Source: Sphyrna mokarran (lineage: Eukaryota). Taken from it: a stretch of 64,000 nt of DNA. The DNA lies in assembly GCA_024679065.1 (NCBI GenBank), contig JAGIQG010000007.1, forward strand, positions 65,968,001 through 66,032,000, in the 5' to 3' direction. The notes beneath the pieces are model-generated. The model saw only the letters and a program-made list of their open reading frames with translations. It ran no database searches and was not told where the DNA came from. This document shows, in pieces, positions 12,845-25,374 of the stretch. Numbering within the stretch: position 1 is the stretch's first letter; every line of letters starts with the position of its first letter. Both the position numbers and the translations under genes were made by a program.

Positions 12845-13668
12845 CAGAAGTGAGGATGTTTGCCAATGTTCAGCACCATTCGCAACGACTCATACTGAAG
12901 CAGTCCATGTTCGAATGCAAAAAGATCTGGACAATATCCAGGCTGGGCTGACGAATGGCAAGCAACATTCATGCCATACAAATGCCAGGCAATGACCATC
13001 ACCAATAAGAGACACTCTGACCACTGCCCTTTGATGTTCAGTGGTGTAACTATCACTGAATCCCCCATTGTCAACATCCTTGGGGTTACTATTGACCAGA
13101 AACTCAACTGAACTCACTAATAAACACAGTGGCTATAAGTTCAGGTCAGAGGCTAACAATGCTGCAGTGAGTAACTCACCTCCTAACTCTCCAGAGACTA
13201 TCCACTATCTACAAGGTACAAGTCAGGTATGTGATGGAATACTCACTTGCCTGGATAGGTGCAACTTCAACAACACAAGACGCTTGACACCATCCAGGAC
13301 GAAGCAGCCCACTTGATTGGCATCACATCTACAAACGTTCAATCTCTCCACCACTGACGCTTAGTGGCAGCAGTGTGTACTATCTACAAGATACACTGCA
13401 GCAATTCACCGAAGATCCTCAGAGAGCACCTTCTAAATGCATGACCACTTACCATTCTGACTTGGAAATATATCGTCATTCTTTCACAGTCACTGCTCAA
13501 AATCCTGGAATTCCCTTCCTAATGGCAATGTGTGGCTCAACCCATAGAACATGGACTACAGTGACTCGAGAAGGCAGCTCACCATCACCACCTCAAGGGC
13601 AATTGTGGATGGACAATAAATACTGGCCAGCCAGTGATGCTTATGTCCCACGAATGATTTAAAAAAAA
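12845..13668 (+). mobile_element. LINE family X (CR1/L2 group) RT C-terminus and 3' end
   Basis: Reads as MQKDLDNIQAGL-EWQATFMPYKCQAMTITNKR...VNILGVTIDQKLN; ends gggcaattgtggatggacaataaatactggcc...A8. Confidence 0.75.
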
Positions 13669-14015
13669 TCCATTAATACCTTTGCCTAACAAAAGTCTCA
13701 TCTCAGTTTGACACTTTTATTGGATTTGCCTCAAATTTTTTTGGAGGAGGAAGGATTCCAGATCTCTGTTTATCTTTTTATGAATAAGTGCTTCCTGATT
13801 TCACTTCTAAGTAGTTGAGCTCCAATTTTGAGGTTTTGCTCCTTTTTTTTTTCAGTCTGTTCAAAATTCCCCCATTAAAGGAAATATTTTTCGCTCTTTA
13901 TCAAATCCTTTAATCAGCTTACACACTTTAATTAGATCTTCTATACCCAAGGCAACTCTTTTCAATTTAACCCTTTTGGCATCACTGTTGTACTGGTGAA
14001 GCTGCACTGCACCAA

Positions 14016-14227
14016 ATCACTTGGCCTTTTGGCTAAGAACAAGCCAAGATGGGGTGCAGTGCATCATCTTGTTAGCTTGGATCTTGTTTGAATCTCTTGT
14101 GTGGACCTTGAGTTGGATTCAATTGAATTTTGATTTTGATTTTTGGAGCAAGCAAGGAATGGATTTGGATTAGTCTGGTCCATTCTGGACATTGGCTTTG
14201 TAACTTTAAGAGTGGAGTTCAAAAAAA
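14016..14227 (+). mobile_element. Short retro-insertion with a U2 snRNA-derived 5' head and A-tail
   Basis: ATCACTTGGCCTTTTGGCTAAGAACAAG versus U2 5' end ATCGCTTCTCGGCCTTTTGGCTAAGATCAAG, followed by ~180 nt of non-U2 body and A7. Confidence 0.7.
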
Positions 14228-14258
14228 TTTAACTCCGAGGCCACTATATCCTCCTCAA

Positions 14259-15487
14259 TTTTTTTTTTATTAAGCAACACAGCACGGGAAACAGGCCCTT
14301 CGGCCCAACGAGCCCGCGCCGCCGTCATACCAAATACATTTTCCTATTTTAATATTCCTATATAATAATATATATATTATTCCTAATATGGAAAATTTTC
14401 ACCATAGGGACAATTTGTTACCCAATCAGCCTAAGAGCGATTTTTTGGGTTGTGGGAGGAAACCGGAGTGCCCGGAGAAAACCCACGCAACCACGGGGAG
14501 AACGCGCAAACTCCCGCAGACACCGGCCCAATTCCAAGTGTCTGCACAGCCACATCGATAGTCTCTGAGCTGTCATGGTGCCCTTCAGGTGTTCCACATA
14601 AAGCACTCATATACGACATGAGGTACCAGGCAACCCATGAATCAACATCCAAGAGCTGTACCCGCACCACCTGCCGAATGCGTGCTCAAATTATGGACCG
14701 AATTACCTGTGGAAAAAAGCCGTAGTTAAACAGTCCTAATATATCCCTCTATCGGCATACCGCTCATGTGGCTGTCCAAGAGACCCTTAAACAGCCCCAG
14801 CGTGCCTGCTCCCACCACCTTACTCGGCAGTGCATTCCACACCCCCACTACCCTTTGTGTGAAAAACTGCCCTCTAATATTCGTCCTATACATAGCCCCC
14901 CTCACCCTATGGCCATGACCTCTCGTCCTATCCATTGCTAAAGGTGGAAAAAGTTTACCTCCATTTACTCTATCTATACCCCTTATAATCTTATACACCT
15001 CTATGAGATCCCCTCTAAGCCGACGTCTTTCAAGGGAAACAACCCCAGTCTATCTAATCGTTCCTCATAGGACAGTCCTTCCATACCAGGCAGCATCCTG
15101 GTAAACCTCCTCTGCACTCTCTCCAAGGATTCCACATCCTTCTGATAGTACGGAGACCAGAACTGGGCGCAGTATTCCAAGTGAGGCCTAACCAAAGTTG
15201 TATACAACTGCAACATCAAACTCCTACTCTTATATTCTATAGCTTTCATAGAAAAGGGTAACATACTATACGCCTTCTTTGTCACCTTCTCCACCTGTGA
15301 GGACACCTTCAGAGACTTGTGAACCTGCACCCCCAAGTCTCTCTGCGTCTCTACGCTCCGTATAGTTTTACCTTTTATCCTATAATTCTCTTCTACATTT
15401 TTCCGGCCAAAATGCATCACCTCGCATTTTTCTGGATTAAATTCCATTTGCCATCTATCTGCCCAATCTACCAACCTGTCTATGTCC
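14259..15487 (-). mobile_element. Young CR1 LINE, subfamily B, 5'-truncated, with composite 3' UTR and poly(A) end
   Basis: Nearly open ORF2 C-terminus (VDWADRWQMEFNPEKCEVMHFG...[15 protein letters not shown]...GYIRTV*); 3' UTR with SINE head and V-domain; ends TTAATAAAAAAAAAA. Confidence 0.9.
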
Positions 15488-16690
15488 TAAGGTGCAATAC
15501 ACATTCAAAATGCTGTCTAAACAGAGTTTTATACTTTCAGTCCCTTCAAGATAGCATAGCATTTATCCTTTAAATTCCTTTTTGTATATGTCCATTAGAC
15601 ATTCACTAGAAATTCTGTTCTTCCAGTTTCTAGCTTTCTACCATTTAGAATATACACTGTTTTGTTTGGTCCATTGTGGATGATCTTGCACTTGCATTGA
15701 AATCAATGACCGCAACTCCCTTAGAATTAATGTTATATCTCTTTATATTTGGGTGCAGATTTTCCATCCATTTAACTGAATGCTTCTCAGGATTTTAATT
15801 ATATTTGTATAAATATGTAATATTATATACATATTACGTATTTGTATAAATATTACGTATTTATACAAAACAATATTCAGCTCACTCAGATTTTCTTGTC
15901 TTTTAAAAAAAGACAGGTTTACATTTAATAGATTATTCTCACAGTTTTGTCAGTATCTGAACACTGACATCTTTTGTTAACATTAAGTGGTTCACTTTGA
16001 TAGGTAAGCTGGAAACTGCACCTTCACTAACTTTGGCTTGAAGAGGCATTTTAGATTTTTGGGCGGAAAAACTTACTAGGAAAGCCACAATGCATCTAGA
16101 ACAGGTAATGGAAAGTGGTCAAAATAATGTTGAAAGTACTTCCATTAATTAAATGGACCATTGCTGGATAACTCGTGCAAAATTATGAATGCTAACAAGG
16201 GGATGAGATTTCAGTTAGACACGTATTTAGTATCTATTTTTAACCATTGAATCTTGCTCTTGTAGAAAGTAAATGAAATCAAATGAAAAGGTGTGGGCTC
16301 GTTTATAGAAAGAAACCGATTGTTAGTGATATTCCAATAAATGTTTTCAATATCTCAGAGCTGGGGAAATTTCAAATGATTGCAGGATGGCACTTAAGGT
16401 GCCCATTTAATATTATAACTGTGCAGCAGTGAATTTTCCTGTGGGGGTTGGGGAGATGGTGGGGTGGCAGAGACAGCAGTGGTTTAATAGAAAGCTGAGG
16501 GTGTTGAGTAACAAGTGATGTTATTAGCCACCCTGTAGAACAATCTTGACTTGATGCAGAATGAACGTTAGTAAGTTTTATTTTTCTGAGAAATTATCTG
16601 TAATGAATGTCCTGCAACGTTTTTTTGGAGGGGGGAATTTGAAGCCCATTTTTGGAAACTAGAGATCACTAAAGATTTTGGATGGCAAAT

Positions 16691-17734
16691 ACAAAGAACA
16701 AAACAGCACGGGAAACAGGCCCTTCGGCCCAACGAGCCCATGCCGCCACCCCAATGTTCCCACCTCTACCCGTGATCCCTGTCTACGTTTATAGATCTTT
16801 GGATTAAAAACCAAATTTGAGACAATTTAGGGAGAATTTGTTTTGTCAATTAGTCTAAGAGCACATTTTTGGGATGTGGGAGGAAACCAGAGCACCCAGA
16901 GAAAACCCACACAAGCACGGGGAGAATGCGCAAACTCCCACAGACACAGGCCCAAATCCACGTATCTGCACAGCACAGCGATAGTCACTGAGCTGGCGTG
17001 TTGCCCATCAAATGGTCCAGGTCAAGCATACACTAACGACGTGAAGCACTAGGGTACTCTCAAAATCCAAGAGTAGCCCTCTCACGACCCATCGCATGTA
17101 TGCCCTTTGTTAGACAACAAAGCGGACCAAAGCACCTGTAGGATAAAAACAAGTACATCAATATCATCATCTGTTTATACACTTCCCAGGGACTCCCAAA
17201 GCTCATGATCCCTATTTTAAATCAGTTTTCTATACCCCTCCATTCCCATTCTGTTCATGTGCCCATCTGAGTATTTCTTAAATAACTCGTGTGCCTGCCT
17301 CCACCACTTTTCTTGGCAGCGCATTCCACACCCCCACCACCCTCTGTGTGAAAAAACTCCCTCTAGCATCCAAATTATACCTTACCCCCCTCACCCTAAG
17401 CCCGTGACCCCTCGTGCTATTTGAGTCCATCCTAGGAAAAAGCTTAACCCTGTTTATCTATACCCCTCATAATCTTGTACACCTCTATTAGATCTTCTCT
17501 AAGTCTATGTGTTTCTAAGGAAAACAGCCCCAATTTGCCTAACCTCTCCTTGTAACTCAGCATCCTGTAAACCACCTCTGCACTCTCTCCAGAGTCTCCA
17601 CGTCCTTCCGGTAGTAAGGCAACCAGAACTGGACACAGTATTCCAAATGAGGTCTAACCAATGTTTTATACAACTGCAACATTGAAGGTCAGCCTTGTAC
17701 TCTATACCCCTTCCTATAAAGGCTAGCATACTAT
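16691..17734 (-). mobile_element. CR1 subfamily A copy, 5'-truncated
   Basis: Closely matches 7331-8430 along ORF2 end and 3' UTR. Confidence 0.9.
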
Positions 17735-17774
17735 ACATTGGACCTTGCTCAATATCCTTCTAGTGTTAAGAGCC

Positions 17775-17895
17775 AAGTCCTGCAGACCTGAAACATTAAC
17801 TTTGTTTCTCTCTCCACAGACACTGCCAGGCTTGTTTTTCCAACTTTTTTTGCTTTTATTGCAGATTTCTAGCATCTACAGTATTTTGCTTTTCA
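17775..17895 (+). mobile_element. Penelope-like terminal repeat fragment
   Basis: gacctgaaacattaactttgtttctctctccacagacactgccag...cagatttctagcatctacagtattttgc; antisense relative at 43355-43455. Confidence 0.6.
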
Positions 17896-20800
17896 TTATA
17901 TGTTTATTTTTCTAGGGAGACGTAAGCATGCAATGAATACAATATATTGATCTACTTTTACATCTCTTGGGATAGTGGGTAGGGAACTGTGGTTGGTGCA
18001 GGATGTGTAATGATGGTATAATTGTGCAAAAAGGAAAAAAGGGATATGGGTGCGTTTTCAAATATCTTGACATGACCTTTCCCTCCCTGACCATGTAACA
18101 TGCCCAGTGAACAAAAAGAATGTATGAACCTACCACTATAAAAGGAGAGGGGAAGGACAACAAATAAGTTTCAGCTAAAGTTCTGGGTTATGATCATACG
18201 TATCCATTTTGATAGAATTTGCTGTAGGCTTTTTGATATATCCAACTATCAACATTTTTCCATCTTTTGTAGAGAATTTGGCAGTGGAAAAGCAGCCAAG
18301 TTTATATATTCTAGCATTTGTATGAATTATTTTGAGGACTATATACAACTCACGGTTACAACTAACTTATGGTTAGCTATATATAAGTTCATTTATTTGA
18401 GATTAAAATGCTTGCTCTTGACCTAATATTGGCCTTGGTCAATTGTGTGCACCGTTAAAAGTTTATTAGGATGACACATGTTTGTTATGAATGCAGAATG
18501 GAGATTGCATGCATCAAACTGGTAATTTAACATTGTCCTGTGACTGATCCAAATCTGGGCAGCACGATGCATAAATCCTGGGAATAAGCTTAGTTCAGGC
18601 TATACTACCTATAACAGAAATTTTTTAAAGGCCCTTGTTAAAGATTGAAATCGAGATGTAATACTGCAACATGCAGTGATATAATGCAGTCAGAAATTGG
18701 CTTTTAACATCTATACAAAACCTAGGTCATAGTTTTTGTCAGTCAGTTGTGAGAATAGCACAAACTGCTTTTGCTATAATCTGTTTTAATATTCTTTCTT
18801 GTGTTATGGCAATTAAAATTGTTATACTTGAGCTTGAAACTTGTAAAATGCACAGGAAGTATATCTCAATGATTTTAGTGGGATGGTATCAAAGGGAAAT
18901 TTTTAATGGTAGGTGTGTATGTGAATTAGCAATGGTTATAAGTTTATTTTTAGAAATCTTTTATATTCTATAGTAACTATTGGGTTCAAATTAAACGTAG
19001 AAATTGAGCAGAGATTTAGGTTTCCATAAGAATCCTTGTTTCTAGAGCTGTTGAATGAGTTTCGTTATGTTGGCAACTAAGGCCTATGGTAGTATGAGTA
19101 GTAGGAGGAGGGGTTGAGGGTGTTGAATAGAGTTCAGCTGTACAAATTCCAGAAGCAGGCCAGTACATTTAGCATACAAGTGTAATCCCTGGCCTATGCA
19201 ACGTCCTCGTATTCAATTTACTTCTGAGGTAGATTATATATAATTAATGTTCTTGATTAATTGCAGTATAGTATTGACAAAAAGAGGCAGCCATGCATGT
19301 GTACCAGCCAGAGCCCCATGCAAAACTACTGTTATGACCTTTGTCCACTTATATCGTGTGACAGCCTGTCTTTGTACTGCAGTTTATTCCTGATGGATAA
19401 GTTGCCCCCAATCACGTACACTATGCTATGCTGCAAAAGAAGAAAAGATAAATTATTTTGGCTGCAGTCAGTGGTTGCGGAGGGGAAAAAGGGAATGTAA
19501 TGATGACCGTAAGAAAAGCCTATTTGAGCATTATGGGGACAATCAGCAATGTCATAAACAACCCCATTTGCAGAAAGATGCTGGGTCAAGCCTCTTAAGA
19601 TGTTTTGAGTAGAAAATAATGAAAAAAGACCAGATTTGTTTATCAATGACTAGCTTAACTATGAAGGAAAATGTATGTTAATACTAATTTACAACTATAT
19701 TTCTTCCATGCCTCAGCATGTAGCCACTGGTCCCACCCCTTGGTCTTCTATTAATTTAATCTCTGCTTTATAAACAGATGTAATTGCTTGGAGGTCACTT
19801 GATGCACTGCCATCACTACAATGTTGGTAGTGAAATTGGCTCTCCCTTTACCTTTATTGGCTCCTCCTTCATCCACTTTCTTTGTATTAGACTGACATAG
19901 TAAGATACAGTAAAATCTTTTTTGTCCAGCTTGCTTGGGGAATGTGTGGTACTGGTTAGATAAAAAAAAAAATCAATTAACAGGGTGTTGCATTACTCTG
20001 GACCCAAGAAAGATGCGGCATATCTTTGCTCAGGTAAAATAATCAAAACTGACCCAATCATTTAACAATTTCAATTTAAAGTTCCAAAACAACTTCTGCA
20101 GATTTATAATCTATTTCTTTAAAAGATTGCATTATCTGAATATTGAAAATCTTTTACAAAAAAGAATTGAGCTGTTAAATTCTGGTTCCTAGTGAATTCC
20201 AGTTGATGGAGTTCTGGATATCATGCAGTTTACTGTAATATATTGTGATTAAATTGCTGGCTTTATACAAAGAAAAGGGTAAAATGAGATTGTTTGTTGT
20301 TTCTTCATCCTTTTAGACAGGAGAGCTTGCAAAAATATGTATAATTTCTAAATTTGTATGGTTTTCTATGTGAAAATATCTCTTCCCTCCAGTGCAAGTG
20401 ATTAAGGATCATTGCACTTCAATAAAAAAAATAGGTCAGTAGGAGCAGATGGCTCTGAAGCTGCTTTGTTTCATGCTGTGTAATTGTACTTGTGAATGTC
20501 ATAGCTGACCATGATGCACTGAAATAGTGTTGAGCAATGTAGTGTTAGATAGAGAGATGCTGATGCTCTTTGTTCAAACTAGTAGGAAAGTAATTTGGAT
20601 TGATAAATATCTTTGCTGATTAGAAAGAGTAGGTGGGTTGAAAATATTTAACTCTTGACCAAGAAATGGAGTTTATTTCTGATTAATTGAAGTGGAGCTG
20701 CAAGTGCTAACTTGGTTCTGATGAGATTTAGAATGTAGCTGTAAAACAAAACGAAAAGGAATAATTCATTACAATGTTCTTCCGTCTTCCCTCTTTTTAA

Positions 20801-21901
20801 TATTCTGTGGGGACAGTTTCAATAGTTTTAACTTCATGGAGGTTGGGATGCACTACTAAATGGTCATTCTACTGTTTAGCTTTGTCTGAATGGTGAAAGA
20901 ATAATCTGCTAGACACTCCAGCTGGAATACACACTTAGTCACAAATGGAGCTTGTTACATCACTGGTAATCTGTTTGCCTCAGGGTGAGTGATGAACCCT
21001 GTGGCTGTGCTTCCTTTGTCAGATCATTTTGAAAATGTGGCCTGGAATCTGTAAATCCATTGTTTTGACTACTCATTCATTCCTGGCATGTAGTTGGAGG
21101 GGCGAAAACACTGATTTATTTACACTTGTTGGACTTTAACTTCAAGTTATCAAATGTACAATTGTCAAAGGTTTATACCAAAATGCCAGTTGGATGACAG
21201 TGATTTACAATGTTAGTAACAGTTGAGTTTGAATAAATGCATGCCCAATTATAAACCTAAGGATGTACTTGGATCAGTACCTCTGTACAATTAACATAAA
21301 GGTTAAATTTTATTTTCTATTGTGGGTTAAGCATTTACCAACTCCTGCTACTGTTTAAGGTGTACTAATTATGTGAATTAGTTTTGATACAATGCAGTCC
21401 TGTGCACTATTGAATTTTATCATCTATGTATTTCTGCTTAGCTATTTGATTATGTTGCTTTTAAGAATGATGAGGTTAGGAACGCAATGGAGGAGGTTGG
21501 TATGTATACTCGGCCTTACTGTAGCAGATGGAGTGTTCTGCTGTATTCATACAGCTGCTTGCCTGGTGTGATGGCAGCTGCTGTGGCTGCAGTTTGTGTT
21601 CTTTTGTTCTTTTGCAACCAGGAATGTAGAACCGAAGAGAGTAATGAAGAATGAATTAATGGGTCAGGTTAGTGCTTGCACTGGTTATGAATAATACATT
21701 GTATAGGATACTCTGGGTACAAACTGTATGTGTTACTCAATTTTACAGTCTTAACTTTTTAAACTTCATAGAAAGCTCTTTGTGTCAGTCTATACAGAAG
21801 GAAGGGAACATCTTAATATGACCTTATTGCTTGTCTCTGTGTGTGCCACATTATTCATCCCATTTGTCCCCAATTTTATTTTGTTTTCATTTTCTCCCTA
21901 G

Positions 21902-22087
21902 GACCTCTATCCAGACTTTGCCTGACACTGAATTGTCCAAAAGAATTAAGGAAATGTGGAGTGACATGCAGGAGATTAGTCATAGGATTTAAAGCTTTGA
22001 GGACGTACACCTTGAAGGGAAGCGGTGAGGTGAAGCACAGAATAGTTCACTTTTTGTGCCACTAAGAGAGCTGTGAGCACAAGGAAG
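21902..22087 (+). other. CHD7: 5' UTR portion of the CHD7 first coding exon
   Basis: Long polypyrimidine tract ending ttttcattttctccctAG at 21900-21901; 186 nt from there to the ATG, similar to the human exon 2 layout. Confidence 0.85.
21954..21992 (+). promoter_or_regulatory. Upstream ORF (MWSDMQEISHRI*) in the CHD7 5' UTR
   Basis: ATG at 21954, second in-frame ATG at 21966, TAA at 21990-21992; ends 95 nt before the main ATG. Confidence 0.55.
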
Positions 22088-23737
22088 ATGGCAGATCCTG
22101 GTATGCTGAGTTTGTTTGGTGATGATGGGAACATTTTCAGTGAAGGGCTTGAAGGTCTTGGAGAATGTGGTTTCTCAGAGAATCCAGTGAATGCTCTCGG
22201 GCAACAACTACCCATGGATCAAGGATTTGGCTCCATGCAATCTCCCCTCCATCATCCCCCACCCACTCAGACTCAAACTAAACTGGCTCACTATGATCAT
22301 TTTGGTCCGTTTGAACAGCAGAAAATACACCTGGTAGATCAGCCTAATCGAATGATCGGTAATACTCCTGGCAATGGCATGGCATCGCCTCACTCACAGT
22401 ATCACAACCCCTCAGTTCCGCCAGTCCCTCACAGCGGTGCTCAGATGGGAGTGTACCCAACTATGCAGACCGAAAGGTGTGGACAGCAATTTGTTGACAG
22501 CAGCTCCATGTGGGGACCACGTGCTGTACAGGTGCCAGACCAGATCCGACCTACCTTCCAGCAACAGCAGCAACCACAGCCACCACCTCAAGGGCAAGGG
22601 CATGCTCAGCATATGCAACAGCTAGGGAATTACCTGACACGTAGTGATTATTCTTTGCAACAGCACAACCAGCCACAGCAGCAGAGGGTGAATCAATTTA
22701 CTCAGGGTCAAGAGGCCCTCAGTCAGGGAAATCCTTTCATGGGAACTTCAGGACCAGGCCACTTATCTCACATGCCTCAACAAACACCCAATATGGGTCC
22801 TTCCTTACGTCACACTCCAACCCAGCAATACCATCCCCATCCCCCTCCCCCCAATTCACTCCATGGAGATTCCATTGCTCACAGTCCAAGATTCTCCCCT
22901 AACCCTTCTCAACAAACCAGTAACAGGCAACAAAATTTAAACTTTAGCTCACGTAGCCAAGCAGTACCTTCACAATCTGTAAGTAGCTCAGGGCAGTATT
23001 CACAATATCCTTATAGTAACATTAATCAGGGATTAGTTAACAGTAATACAGGGATCAATCAAAACCTAGGCCTTAATAATAACCCATCTGTGAACCAGTC
23101 AATACCCCGCTATCCAAATACTGTGGCATTCCCACCTGGCACCAGCCAAGGACTAATGCACCAGCAGCCTATACATCCAGGTGGCCCACTTAACCAAATT
23201 AATGCACAAACTATGCACCCCACACAGTCTCAGGGAACTTATGCTTCTCCACCTCCAATGTCACCTATGAAAGCTATGAGTAACCCAGCAGGTACCCCTC
23301 CACCACAAGTTAGGCCAGGCAGTGCTGGAATGCAGTTGGAGGTTGGAAGCTATTCAAGCATGCCCCTGCCTCAACAGTCACATCAGTCCCCAGGTACCAT
23401 GGGACTTGGACAGAGGAGCATTGGTCCCAGAAGCATGCAGACACAACAGTACATGAGCCCTTCTGTATCAAGGGATATTGGCAGCCTTCCAAGACCAGTT
23501 GGTGCACTGGGTCCCAGTGGGAATCATGCCGATCAGGTAATGCAGGAACGTCTAATGTCTGGCCAGCAGCACCCAAATCAGCCTTTTCAGCCTCAATTGC
23601 CAACTTGTCCACCTGTGAAACAGCATCCAACAGTGCATCATCAAACTTCTCCTACATCTCATCAGCATCAGCCATGGGTACAGTCACAACATTCTTCACC
23701 TAAGGCCACATTGCAACAAGTGCCTGCCCAACATCAG
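22088..23737 (+). CDS. CHD7: Chromodomain helicase DNA-binding protein 7, first coding exon (N-terminal Q/P-rich region, 550 codons; gene continues beyond window)
   Basis: Translation [35 protein letters not shown]...[17 protein letters not shown]...[30 protein letters not shown] matches the vertebrate CHD7 N-terminus. ATG at 22088 in strong Kozak context (AAGATGG); ends at CAG|GTGAGT phase-0 donor at 23737/23738, like the ~555-codon human exon 2. Confidence 0.97.
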
Positions 23738-24389
23738 GTGAGTGATGAATATAAATTATGGCAGTGTGTAATTGTAGTCTGAGTATCCATAACATGTGTA
23801 ATTGTGTATTAATGGTTGTTAAAGTGTAGAAAGTTATTAAAGTATGTGTTGTGAATTGTTTACCATGATGCTGTGAATCATGCAATGGACTTTCCAACTT
23901 GTATGTTGCTGAGGTTTGCTTAGTTAAAAAAAACATGCAACTTGGCATTGTTTCAGGCAAATGTGAAGAAAATCTCCAAATTAATATGTGGTTGAAATGG
24001 CTATCACTTTCAGCATGCAAATCTTAAGGTAGATTATTTTTATATATTTAATATTCTGGATTGAACATTCCAACTAAAGTACATGTGAAAACACAACTAT
24101 GCTTAAAAAATGTTGAATATGCTGTTTATCCGTAGTTACATTTATGCCTTCAATTTTGCTCATATCCTTTTTGTGTTGTGAACCTTTTTGTATAGATAAT
24201 TGAATATTATGAGTCTGTGTGTGCTGCTTGTGTGACTTGATCTTGACTCTTTTTTAACCAGCAAACTTCCAGTATTCCCTCCAGTCTCCAATGAGCTGAG
24301 TCTTCACACGTTGTAGCAGCCTGTTTGCTCCCTTAATTCCCTTCATGTCCTACTGACGACACATCATGTCCTCTGCTTCAAGATAAACC

Positions 24390-25365
24390 TTATCTGCATA
24401 TTTCCTTCCAATCCTTTTCTCCTTCTCAAGAAATTTGCACTCAACATATCTCGAATCAGATCTCCAAACTTCTGTTTCTAAACACTGGCATCATTTCTTC
24501 ATGACTGTAATCCAATGAATACTCATTGCTCATCAGACTGACTTCTGAATCACCAGCATTACTGAAAGCACAGTGGTCAAAATCCTAAAGTGATATTATG
24601 TACTGGATGAGCAGACATTTCCTCCAATTATATATTGATGAGACTCAAGTCATTGTTTTTGAATCCCACTCCCAAACTCCATTCCCTAATGTCTGACTCG
24701 ATCCCTCTCCTTGATAATGTCTTAATCTCAGACTAATCTTGTTACAACCTGGTGTCACACATGATTCTGAGATGAACGTCTGATCTTGTTTGTGTCATCT
24801 CTAAGACCATGATGATCCACCTTTGTGACGTAGCTTGACTTTGCCCTCTCTCAGATCATCTGCAGAAACCTCATCCATGACTTTGTTATCTTTGTTATGC
24901 AGTTCTGGCTGATCTCTCATATTTTACCCCCTCTAAACTTCGTCATAAAAGATTCTGGCACTTGTGTCTTAGCACATCCCATTCTTGTGTCTGCTGACTT
25001 ACATAGGATCCCAATCAAACAATATCTTTAAAATTCCCATTCTTGTTTTCAAATTCCACTATGACCTTACCCCTCATATCTCTATAATTTCCTTCAATTC
25101 CACAACTCTCAGATCTGCATTCATCTAATTCTGAACCTTTGTATATTCCAAATCATTGGTCCACCATTGGTGATTGTGACATCAGTTGCCTAGGCCCTAA
25201 AATCTGGAATTCCCTCCTACACCCCTCTATCTCTGTCCTTTGAGATGTTCTTAAAGTATTTGGTCATCTGACCTAATATTGCCTTTAGGGCTCATTGTCA
25301 TTCTTTGTTTATTAATGCTCCTGTGATGCATCTTGTGGTGTTTCATTATATTAAAGACACCATAT
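24390..25365 (+). mobile_element. L2 LINE RT and 3' fragment, decayed
   Basis: gcagaaacctcatccatgactttgtta, tttaaaattcccattcttgttttcaaa, ggccctaaaatctggaattccctc, L2 3' end. Confidence 0.7.
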
Positions 25366-25374
25366 AACCATGTG

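Larger units (their letters stand above)
13668..15725 (-). mobile_element. Old CR1 fragment hosting two nested insertions
   Basis: CR1 antisense text (aagtgcttcctgatttcac; tactggtgaagctgcactgcacc|ctccgaggccactatatcct|aaggtgc) is interrupted at ~14014 and ~14259 and resumes afterwards. Confidence 0.6.

Noticed and set aside
14016-14227. Functional U2 snRNA gene
   Set aside because: Similarity stops before the GTAGTA branch-recognition sequence; no Sm site region or snRNA promoter; sits inside a TE.
16843-17052. Recurrent ~69-aa ORF (ISLRAHFWDVGGN...) in several copies
   Set aside because: Antisense reading of the V-domain with non-ATG starts; recurrence is explained by repeat identity.
22073-23782. 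ORF-track 569-aa single-exon protein
   Set aside because: Starts at a GTG five codons upstream of the conserved MADPG ATG and runs past the GTGAGT donor into intron; the real unit is an exon, 22088-23737.
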